Source: the human T2T-CHM13v2.0 reference genome, Homo sapiens. Taken from it: a stretch of DNA of 64,000 nucleotides. Both the position numbers and the translations under genes were made by a program. The notes under the pieces are model-generated. The model worked only from the letters and a program-made list of their open reading frames with translations, did no database searches and was not told the origin of the DNA. This document shows positions 10,801 to 22,800 of this stretch, piece by piece (positions within the stretch are counted from its first letter, which is position 1; each line of letters starts with the position of its first letter). The stretch lies in the NCBI RefSeq assembly GCF_009914755.1, contig NC_060947.1; one strand, given 5' to 3'.

Positions 10801-13800
10801 CCGTTTCGAACGAAGGCCACACAGTGGTCCAAATATCCACTTGCAGATTCTACAGAAAGAGTGTTTCGAACCTGAACTCTCAAAGGCAGGTTCATCTCTG
10901 CGAGTTCAATGCATTCATCATGAAGAACTTTCTCAGAGTGTTTGTGTTTAGCTATGGGAAATTATTCCCGTTTCCAACGAAATCCTCAGAGAGCTCCAAA
11001 TATCCACCTGCAGATTCTACCAAAAGTGTATTTGGAAACTGCTCCATCAAAAGGCATGTTCAGCTCTGTGAGTGAAACTCCATCATCACAAAGAATATTC
11101 TGAGAATGCTTCCGTTTGCCTTTTATATGAAGTTCCTTCCTATACTACCGTAGGCCTCAAAGCAGTCCAAATCTCCATTTGCAGATTCTACAAAAAGAGT
11201 GATTCCAATCTGCTCTATCAATAGGATTGTTCAACTCCATGAGTTGAATGCCATCTTCACAAAGTCGTTTCTGAGAATGCTTCTATCTAGTTTTTATGTG
11301 AAGATATTTCCTTTTCCACCACAGGCCTCAAAGCCCTCCAAACGTCCACTTGCAGATTCTCGAAAAAGAGTGTTTCATAGCTGCTCTTTCAAAAGGAAAG
11401 TTCAACTCTGGGAGTTGAATACAAACTTCACAAAGTAGTTTCCGAGAATGCTTCTGTTTATTTCTTATGTGAAGATGATCCCGTTTCCAGTGAAATCTTC
11501 AAAGAGGTCCACATATCCCCTTGCAGATTCCAAAGAAAGAGGGTTTCAAAACTGCTCCATCAAAAGGATTGTTCAACTCTGTGAGTTGAATGCAGTCATC
11601 GCAGAAAACTTTCTGAGAATGCTTCTGTCTAGGTTTGAGGTGAAGATATAGACGTTTCAAACGAAGGCTACAAAGTGGTCAAAATATACACTTGCAGATT
11701 CTACTACAAGGGTGTTGCAAACCTCAACTATCAAAGGAAGGTTCAACTCTGTGAGTTGAATACAAACATCACAAAGAATGTTCTGAGTTTGCTTCCGTTC
11801 AGTTATGGGAAGTTGATCCCATTTCCAACGAAATCCTCAGAGAGGTCCAAATATCCCCTTGCAGATTCTACAAAACGTGTGTTTGGAAACTGCTCCATCA
11901 TAAAGAATGTTCAGCTCTCTGAGTTAAACTCCATCGTCACAAAGAATTTTCTGAGAGTGCTACCGTCTGGTTTTTATATGAAGTTCTTTCCTTTACTACC
12001 ACAGGCCTCAAAGCGGTCCAAATCTCCACTTGCAGATTCTACAAAAACAGTGTTTGCAAACTGCTCTATCATTAGGAATGTTCAACTCTGGGAGTTGAAT
12101 GCAATCATCACAGAGCAGTTTCTGAGAATGCTTCTATGTCGTTTTTAGGAGAAGATATTTCCTTTTCCAACACAGTCCTCCAAGCCCGCTAAATATCCAC
12201 TTGCACATTGTAGAAAAAGTGTGTCGAAGCTGCGCTATCAAAGGGAAAGTTCAACTCTGTGAGGTGAATGCAAACATCCCAAAGAAGTTTCTGAGAATGC
12301 TTCCGTTTAGCTTTTAGGTGAAGATTATCCCGTTTCCAAAGAAACCTTCAAAGAGGTCCAAATATCCCCTTGCGGATCCCACAGAAAGAGTGTTTCGAAA
12401 CTGCTGTTTCAAAAGGACTCTTCAACTCTGTGAGTTGAATGCAATCATCACAAAGAAGTTTCTGACAATGCTTCTCTCTCGTCTTTCTGTGAAGATAAAG
12501 GAAAAGGCTTTCAGGCCTTTTCCACCACAGGCCTGAAAGCACTCCAAATGTCCACTTGCAGATTCTGCCAAAACAATATTTCAAAACTGCTCTATGAAAA
12601 GCAATGTTAAACTCTGCGGCTCGAACACAAACATCACAAAGCGGTTTCTGAGAATGCTTCAGTTTAGTTTTTCTGTGGAAATATTCCCGTTTCCAAAGAA
12701 ATCTTCAAAGAGGTCCACGTATCCATTTACAGATTCTACAAAAAGACAGTTTCAAAACTGCTCAATCAAAAGGAGGGTTCAACCGTGTGACTTGAATGCA
12801 ATCATCAGTCAGAAGTTTCTGAGAATGCTTCTCTTTAGTTTTTACGTGAACATATACCCGTTTCGAACGAAGGCCACCCAGTGGTCCAAATATCCACTTG
12901 CAGATTCTACAGAAAGAGTGTTTCGAACCTGAACTCTCAAAGGCAGGTTCATCTCTGCGAGTTCAATGCATTCAACATGAAGAACTTTCTCAGCGTGTTT
13001 GTGTTTAGTTATGGGAAATTATTGCCGTTTCCAACGAAATCCTCAGAGAGGTCCAAATATCCACCTGCAGATTCTACCAAAAGTGTATTTGGAAACTGCT
13101 CCATCAAAAGGCATGTTCAGCTCTGTGAGTGAAACTCCATCATCACAAAGAATATTCTGAGAATGCTTCCGTTTGCCTTTTATATGAAGTTCCTTCCTAT
13201 ACTACCGTAGGCCTCAAAGCAGTCCAAATCTCCATTTGCAGATTCTACAAAAAGAGTGATTCCAATCTGCTCTATCAATAGGATTGTTCAACTCCATGAG
13301 TTGAATGCCATCCTCACAAAGTCGTTTCTGAGTATGCTTCTATCTAGTTTTTATGTGAAGATATTTCCTTTTCCACCACAGGCCTCAAAGCCCTCCAAAC
13401 GTCCACTTGCAGATTCTCGAAAAAGAGTGTTTCATAGCTGCTCTTTCAAAAGGAAAGTTCAACTCTGGGAGTTGAATACAAACATCACAAAGTAGTTTCC
13501 GAGAATGCTTCTGTTTAGTTCTTATGTGAAGATGATCCCGTTTCCAGTGAAATCTTCAAAGAGGTCCACATATCCCCTTGCAGATTCCAAAGAAAGAGGG
13601 TTTCAAAACTGCTCCATCAAAAGGATTGTTCAACTCTGTGAGTTGAATGCAGTCATCGCAGAAAACTTTCTGAGAATGCTTCTGTCTAGGTTTGAGGTGA
13701 AGATATAGACGTTTCAAACGAAGGCTACAAAGTGGTCAAAATATACACTTGCAGATTCTACTACAAGGGTGTTGCAAACCTGAACTATCAAAGGAAGGTT

Positions 13801-16800
13801 CAACTCTGTGAGTTGAATACAAACATCACAAAGAATGTTCTCAGTTTGCTTCTGTTCAGTTATGGGAAGTTGATCCCGTTTCCAACGAAATCCTCAGAGA
13901 GGTCCAAATATCCCCTTGCAGATTCTACAAAACGTGTGTTTGGAAACTGCTCCATCATAACGAATGTTCAGCTCTCTGAGTTAAACTCCATCGTCACAAA
14001 GAATTTTCTGAGAGTGCTACCGTCTGGTTTTTATATGAAGTTCTTTCCTTTACTACCACAGGCCTCAAAGCGGTCCAAATCTCCACTTGCAGATTCTACA
14101 AAAACAGTGTTTGCAAACTGCTCTATCAAAAGGAATGTTCAACTCTGGGAGTTGAATGCAATCATCACAGAGCAGTTTCTGAGAATGCTTCTATGTCGTT
14201 TTTAGGAGAAGATATTTCCTTTTCCAACACAGTCCTCCAAGCCCGCTAAATATCCACTTGCACATTGTAGAAAAAGTGTGTCGAAGCTGCGCTATCAAAG
14301 GGAAAGTTCAACTCTGTGAGGTGAATGCAAACATCCCAAAGAAGTTTCTGAGAATGCTTCCGTTTAGCTTTTAGGTGAAGATTATCCCGTTTCCAAAGAA
14401 ACCTTCAAAGAGGTCCAAATATCCCCTTGCGGATCCCACAGAAAGAGTGTTTCGAAACTGCTGTTTCAAAAGGACTCTTCAACTCTGTGAGTTGAATGCA
14501 ATCATCACAAAGAAGTTTCTGACAATGCTTCTCTCTCGTCTTTCTGTGAAGATAAAGGAAAAGGCTTTCAGGCCTTTTCCACCACAGGCCTGAAAGCACT
14601 CCAAATGTCCACTTGCAGATTCTGCCAAAACAATATTTCAAAACTGCTCTATGAAAAGCAATGTTAAACTCTGCGGCTCGAACACAAACATCACAAAGCG
14701 GTTTCTGAGAATGCTTCAGTTTAGTTTTTCTGTGGAAATATTCCCGTTTCCAAAGAAATCTTCAAAGAGGTCCACGTATCCATTTACAGATTCTACAAAA
14801 AGACAGTTTCAAAACTGCTCAATCAAAAGGAGGGTTCAACCGTGTGACTTGAATGCAATCATCAGTCAGAAGTTTCTGAGAATGCTTCTCTTTAGTTTTT
14901 ACGTGAACATATACCCGTTTCGAACGAAGGCCACCCAGTGGTCCAAATATCCACTTGCAGATTCTACAGAAAGAGTGTTTCGAACCTGAACTCTCAAAGG
15001 CAGGTTCATCTCTGCGAGTTCAATGCATTCAACATGAAGAACTTTCTCAGCGTGTTTGTGTTTAGTTATGGGAAATTATTGCCGTTTCCAACGAAATCCT
15101 CAGAGAGGTCCAAATATCCACCTGCAGATTCTACCAAAAGTGTATTTGGAAACTGCTCCATCAAAAGGCATGTTCAGCTCTATGAGTGAAACTCCATCAT
15201 CACAAAGAATATTCTGAGAATGCTTCCGTTTGCCTTTTATATGAAGTTCCTTCCTATACTACCGTAGGCCTCAAAGCAGTCCAAATCTCCATTTGCAGAT
15301 TCTACAAAAAGAGTGATTCCAATCTGCTCTATCAATAGGATTGTTCAACTCCATGAGTTGAATGCCATCCTCACAAAGTCGTTTCTGAGTATGCTTCTAT
15401 CTAGTTTTTATGTGAAGATATTTCCTTTTCCACCACAGGCCCCAAAGCCCTCCAAACGTACACTTGCAGATTCTCGAAAAAGAGTGTTTCATAGCTGCTC
15501 TTTCAAAAGGAAAGTTCAACTCTGGGAGTTGAATACAAACATCACAAAGTAGTTTCCGAGAATGCTTCTGTTTAGTTCTTATGTGAAGATGATCCCGTTT
15601 CCAGTGAAATCTTCAAAGAGGTCCACATATCCCCTTGCAGATTCCAAAGAAAGAGGGTTTCAAAACTGCTCCATCAAAAGGATTGTTCAACTCTGTGAGT
15701 TGAATGCAGTCATCGCAGAAAACTTTCTGAGAATGCTTCTGTCTAGGTTTGAGGTGAAGATATAGACGTTTCAAACGAAGGCTACAAAGTGGTCAAAATA
15801 TACACTTGCAGATTCTACTACAAGGGTGTTGCAAACCTCAACTATCAAAGGAAGGTTCAACTCTGTGAGTTGAATACAAACAACACAAAGAATGTTCTCA
15901 GTTTGCTTCTGTTCAGTTATGGGAAGTTGATCGGGTTTCCAACGAAATCCTCAGAGAGGTCCAAATATCCCCTTGCAGATTCTACAAAACGTGTGTTTGG
16001 AAACTGCTCCATCATAACGAATGTTCAGCTCTCTGAGTTAAACTCCATCGTCACAAAGAATTTTCTGAGAGTGCTACCGTCTGCTTTTTATATGAAGTTC
16101 TTTCCTTTACTACCACAGGCCTCAAAGCGGTCCAAATCTCCTCTTGCAGATTCTACAAAAAGAGTGTTTGCAAACTGCTCTATCAAAAGGAATGTTCAAC
16201 TCTGGGAGTTGAATGCAATCATCACAGAGCAGTTTCTGAGAATGCTTCTATGTCGTTTTTAGGAGAAGATATTTCCTTTTCCAACACAGTCCTCCAAGCC
16301 CGCTAAATATCCACTTGCACATTGTAGAAAAAGTGTGTCGAAGCTGCGCTATCAAAGGGAAAGTTCAACTCTGTGAGGTGAATGCAAACATCCCAAAGAA
16401 GTTTCTGAGAATGCTTCCGTTTAGCTTTTAGGTGAAGATTATCCCGTTTCCAACGAAACCTTCGAAGAGGTCCAAATATCCCCTTGCGGATCCCACAGAA
16501 AGAGTGTTTCGAAACTGCTGTTTCAAAAGGAATCTTCAACTCTGTGAGTTGAATGCAATCATCACAAAGATGTTTCTGACAATGCTTCTCTCTCGTCTTT
16601 CTGTGAAGATAAAGGAAAAGGCTTTCAGGCCTTTTCCACCACAGGCCTGAAAGCACTCCAAATGTCCACTTGCAGATTCTGCCAAAAGAATATTTCAAAA
16701 CTGCTCTATGAAAAGCAATGTTAAACTCTGTGGCTCGAACACAAACATCACAAAGCGGTTTCTGAGAATGCTTCAGTTTAGTTTTTCTGTGGAAATATTC

Positions 16801-19800
16801 CCGTTTCCAAAGAAATCTTCAAAGAGGTCCACGTATCCACTTACAGATTCTACAAAAAGACAGTTTCAAAACTGCTCAATCAAAAGGAGGGTTCAACCGT
16901 GTGACTTGAATGCAATCATCACTCAGAAGTTTCTGAGCACGCTTCTGTTTAGTTTTTACGTGAACATATACCCGTTTCGAACGAAGGCCACCCAGTGGTC
17001 CAAATATCCACTTGCAGATTCTACAGAAAGAGTTTTTCGAACCTGAACTCTCAAAGGCAGGTTGATCTCTGCGAGTTCAATGCATTCAACATGAAGAACT
17101 TTCTCAGCGTGTTTGTGTATAGTTAAGGGAAATTATTGCCCTTTCCAATGAAATCCTCAGAGAGGTCCAAATATCCACCTGTAGATTCTACCAAAAGTGT
17201 ATTTGGAAACTGCTCCATCAAAAGGCATGTTCAGCTCTGTGAGTGAAACTCCATCATCACAAAGATATTCTGAGAATGCTTCCGTTTGCCTTTTATATGA
17301 AGTTCCTTCCTATACTACCGTAGGCCTCAAAGCAGTCCAAATCTCCATTTGCAGATTCTACAAAAAGAGTGATTCCAATCTGCTCTATCAATAGGATTGT
17401 TCAACTCCATGAGTTGAAGGCCATCCTCACAAAGTCGTTTCTGAGTATGCTTCTATCTAGTTTTTATGTGAAGATATTTCCTTTTCCACCACAGGCCTCA
17501 AAGCCCTCCAAACGTCCACTTGCAGATTCTCGAAAAAGAGTGTTTCATAGCTGCTCTTTCAAAAGGAAAGTTCAACTCTGGGAGTTGAATACAAACATCA
17601 CAAAGTAGTTTCCGAGAATGCTTCTGTTTAGTTCTTATGTGAAGATGATCCCGTTTCCAGTGAAATCTTCAAAGAGGTCCACATATCCCCTTGCAGATTC
17701 CAAAGAAAGAGGGTTTCAAAACTGCTCCATCAAAAGGATTGTTCAACTCTGTGAGTTGAATGCAGTCATCGCAGAAAACTTTCTGAGAATGCTTCTGTCT
17801 AGGTTTGAGGTGAAGATATAGACGTTTCAAACGAAGGCTACAAAGTGGTCAAAATATACACTTGCAGATTCTACTACAAGGGTGTTGCAAACCTGAACTA
17901 TCAAAGGAAGGTTCAACTCTGTGAGTTGAATACAAACATCACAAAGAATGTTCTGAGTTTGCTTCCGTTCAGTTATGGGAAGTTGATGCCGTTTCCAACG
18001 AAATCCTCAGAGAGGTCCAAATATCCCCTTGCAGATTCTACAAAACGTGTGTTTGGAAACTGCTCCATCATAACGAATGTTCAGCTCTCTGAGTTAAACT
18101 CCATCGTCACAAAGAATTTTCTGAGAGTGCTACCATCTGGTTTTTATATGAAGTTCTTTCCTTTACTACCACAGGCCTCAAAGCGGTCCAAATCTCCACT
18201 TGCAGATTCTACAAAAAGAGTGTTTGCAAACTGCTCTATCACAAGGAATGTTCAACTCTGGGAGTTGAATGCAATCATCACAGAGCAGTTTCTGAGAATG
18301 CTTCTATGTCGTTTTTAGGAGAAGATATTTCCTTTTCCAACACAGTCCTCCAAGCCCGCTAAATATCCACTTGCACATTGTAGAAAAAGTGTGTCGAAGC
18401 TGCGCTATCAAAGGGAAAGTTCAACTCTGTGAGGTGAATGCAAACATCCCAAAGAAGTTTCTGAGAATGCTTCCGTTTAGCTTTTAGGTGAAGATTATCC
18501 CGTTTCCAACGAAATCTTCAAAGAGGTCCAAATATCCCCTTGCGGATCCCACAGAAAGAGTGTTTCGAAACTGCTGTTTCAAAAGGAATCTTCAACTCTG
18601 TGAGTTGAATGCAATCATCACAAAGAAGTTTCTGACAATGCTTCTCTCTCGTCTTTCTGTGAAGATAAAGGAAAAGGCTTTCAGACCTTTTCCACCACAG
18701 GCCTGAAAGCGCTCCAAATGTCCACTTGCAGATTCTGCCAAAAGAATATTTCAAAACTGCTCTATGAAAAGCAATGTTAAACTCTGTGGCTCGAACACAA
18801 ACATCACAAAGCAGTTTCTGAGAATGCTTCAGTTTAGTTTTTCTGTGGAAATATTCCCGTTTCGAAAGAAATCTTCAAAGAGGTCCACGCATCCACTTAC
18901 AGATTCTACAAAAAGACAGTTTCAAAACTGCTCAATCAAAAGGAGGGTTCAACCGTGTGACTTGAATGCAATCATCACTCAGAGGTTTCTGAGAATGCTT
19001 CTCTTTAGTTTTTACGTGAACATATACCCGTTTCGAACGAAGGCCACCCAGTGGTCCAAATATCCACTTGCAGATTCTACAGAAAGAGTGTTTCGAACCT
19101 GAACTCTCAAAGGCAGGTTCATCTCTGCGAGTTAAATGCATTCAACATGAAGAACTTTCTCAGCGTGTTTGTGTTTAGTTATGGGAAATTATTGCCGTTT
19201 CCAACGAAATCCTCAGAGAGGTCCAAATATCCACCTGCAGATTCTACCAAAAGTGTATTTGGAAACTGCTCCATCAAAAGGCATGTTCAGCTCTGTGAGT
19301 GAAACTCCATCATCACAAAGAATATTCTGAGAATGCTTCCGTTTGCCCTTTATATGAAGTTCCTTCCTATACTACCGTAGGCCTCAAAGCAGTCCAAATC
19401 TCCATTTGCAGATTCTACAAAAAGAGTGATTCCAATCTGCTCTATCAATAGGATTGTTCAACTCCATGAGTTGAATGCCACCCTCACAAAGTCGTTTCTG
19501 AGAATGCTTCTATCTAGTTTTTATGTGAAGATATTTCCTTTTCCACCACAGGCCTCAAAGCCCTCCAAACGTCCACTTGCAGATTCTCGAAAAAGAGTGT
19601 TTCATAGCTGCTCTTTCACAAGGAAAGTTCAACTCTGGGAGTTGAATACAAACTTCACAAAGTAGTTTCCGAGAATGCTTCTGTTTAGTTCTTATGTGAA
19701 GATGATCCCGTTTCCAGTGAAATCTTCAAAGAGGTCCACATATCCCCTTGCAGATTCCAAAGAAAGAGGGTTTCTAAACTGCTCCATCAAAAGGATTGTT

Positions 19801-22800
19801 CAACTCTGTGAGTTGAATGCAGTCATCGCAGAAAACTTTCTGAGAATGCTTCTGTCTAGGTTTGAGGTGAAGATATAGACGTTTCAAACGAAGGCTACAA
19901 AGTGGTCAAAATATACACTTGCAGATTCTACTACAAGGGTGTTGCAAACTTCAACTATCAAAGGAAGGTTCAACTCTGTGAGTTGAATACAAACATCACA
20001 AAGAATGTTCTGAGTTTGCTTCTGTTCAGTTATGGGAAGTTGATCCCGTTTCCAACAAAATCCTCAGAGAGGTCCAAATATCCCCTTGCAGATTCTACAA
20101 AACGTGTGTTTGGAAACTGCTCCATCATAACGAATGTTCAGCTCTCTGAGTTAAACTCCATCGTCACAAAGAATTTTCTGAGAGTGCTACCGTCTGGTTT
20201 TTATATGAAGTTCTTTCCTTTACTACCACAGGCGTCAAAGCGGTCCAAATCTCCACTTGCAGATTCTACAAAAAGAGTGTTTGCAAACTGCTCTATCAAA
20301 AGGAATGTTCAACTCTGGGAGTTGAATGCAATCATCACAGAGCAGTTTCTGAGAATGCTTCTATGTCGTTTTTAGGAGAAGATATTTCCTTTTCCAACAC
20401 AGTCCTCCAAGCCCGCTAAATATCCACTTGCACATTGTAGAAAAAGGGTGTCGAAGCTGCGCTATCAAAGGGAAAGTTCAACTCTGTGAGGTGAATGCAA
20501 ACATCCCAAAGAAGTTTCTGAGAATGCTTCCGTTTAGCTTTTAGGTGAAGATTATCCCGTTTCCAACGAAATCTTCAAAGAGGTCCAAATATCCCCTTGC
20601 GGATCCCACAGAAAGAGTGTTTCGAAACTGCTGTTTCAAAAGGAATCTTCAACTCTGTGGGTTGAATGCAATCATCACAAAGAAGTTTCTGACAATGCTT
20701 CTCTCTCGTCTTTCTGTGAAGATAAAGGAAAAGGCTTTCAGGCCTTTTCCACCACAGGCCTGAAAGCGCTCCAAATGTCCACTTGCAGATTCTGCCAAAA
20801 GAATATTTCAAAACTGCTCTATGAAAAGCAATGTTAAACTCTGCGGCTCGAACACAAACATCACAAAGCAGTTTCTGAGAATGCTTCAGTTTAGTTTTTC
20901 TGTGGAAATATTCCCGTTTCGAAAGAAATCTTCAAAGAGGTCCACGTATCCACTTACAGATTCTACAAAAAGACAGTTTCAAAACTGCTCAATCAAAAGG
21001 AGGGTTCAACCGTGTGACTTGAATGCAATCATCACTCAGAAGTTTCTGAGAACGCTTCTCTTTAGTTTTTACGTGAACATATACCCGTTTCGAACGAAGG
21101 CCACCCAGAGGTCCAAATATCCACTTGCAGATTCTACAGAAAGAGTGTTTCCAACCTGAACTCTCAAAGGCAGGTTCATCTCTGCGAGTTCAATACATTC
21201 ATCATGAAGAACTTTCTCAGAGTGTTTGTGTTTAGGTATGGGAAATTATTCCCGTTTCCAACGAAATCCTCAGAGAGGTCCAAATATCCACCTGCAGATT
21301 CTACCAAAAGTGTATTTGGAAACTGCTCCATCAAAAGGCATGTTCAGCTCTGTGAGTGAAACTCCATCATCACAAAGAATATTCTGAGAATGCTTCCGTT
21401 TGCCTTTTATATGAAGTTCCTTCCTATACTACCGTAGGCCTCAAAGCAGTCCAAATCTCCATTTGCAGATTCTACAAAAAGAGTGATTCCAATCTGCTCT
21501 ATCAATAGGATTGTTCAACTCCATGAGTTGAATGCCATCCTCACAAAGTCGTTTCTGAGAATGCTTCTATCTAGTTTTTATGTGAAGATATTTCCTTTTC
21601 CACCACAGGCCTCAAAGCCCTCCAAACGTCCACTTGCAGATTCTCGAAAAAGAGTGTTTCATAGCTGCTCTTTCAAAAGGAAAGTTCAACTCTGGGAGTT
21701 GAATACAAACATCACAAAGTAGTTTCCGAGAATGCTTCTGTTTAGTTCTTATGTGAAGATGATCCCGTTTCCAGTGAAATCTTCAAAGAGGTCCACATAT
21801 CCCCTTGCAGATTCCAAAGAAAGAGGGTTTCAAAACTGCTCCATCAAAAGGATTGTTCAACTCTGTGAGTTGAATGCAGTCATCGCAGAAAACTTTCTGA
21901 GAATGCTTCTGTCTAGGTTTGAGGTGAAGATATAGACGTTTCAAACGAAGGCTACAAAGTGGTCAAAATATACACTTGCAGATTCTACTACAAGGGTGTT
22001 GCAAACCTGAACTATCAAAGGAAGGTTCAACTCTGTGAGTTGAATACAAACATCACAAAGAATGTTCTGAGTTTGCTTCCATTCAGTTATGGGAAGTTGA
22101 TCCCGTTTCCAACGAAATCCTCAGAGAGGTCCAAATATCCCCTTGCAGATTCTACAAAACGTGTGTTTGGAAACTGCTCCATCATAACGAATGTTCAGCT
22201 CTCTGAGTTAAACTCCATCGTCACAAAGAATTTTCTGAGAGTGCTACCGTCTGGTTTTTATATGAAGTTCTTTCCTTTACTACCACAGGCCTCAAAGCGG
22301 TCCAAATCTCCACTTGCAGATTCTACAAAAAGAGTGTTTGCAAACTGCTCTATCAAAAGGAATGTTCAACTCTGGGAGTTGAATGCAATCATCACAGAGC
22401 AGTTTCTGAGAATGCTTCTATGTCGTTTTTAGGAGAAGATATTTCCTTTTCCAACACAGTCCTCCAAGCCCGCTAAATATCCACTTGCACATTGTAGAAA
22501 AAGTGTGTCGAAGCTGCGCTATCAAAGGGAAAGTTCAACTCTGTGAGGTGAATGCAAACATCCCAAAGAAGTTTCTGAGAATGCTTCCGTTTAGCTTTTA
22601 GGTGAAGATTATCCCGTTTCCAACGAAATCTTCAAAGAGGTCCAAATATCCCCTTGCGGATCCCACAGAAAGAGTGTTTCGAAACTGCTGTTTCAAAAGG
22701 AATCTTCAACTATGTGAGTTGAATGCAATCATCACAAAGAAGTTTCTGACAATGCTTCTCTCTCGTCTTTCTGTGAAGATAAAGGAAAAGGCTTTCAGGC

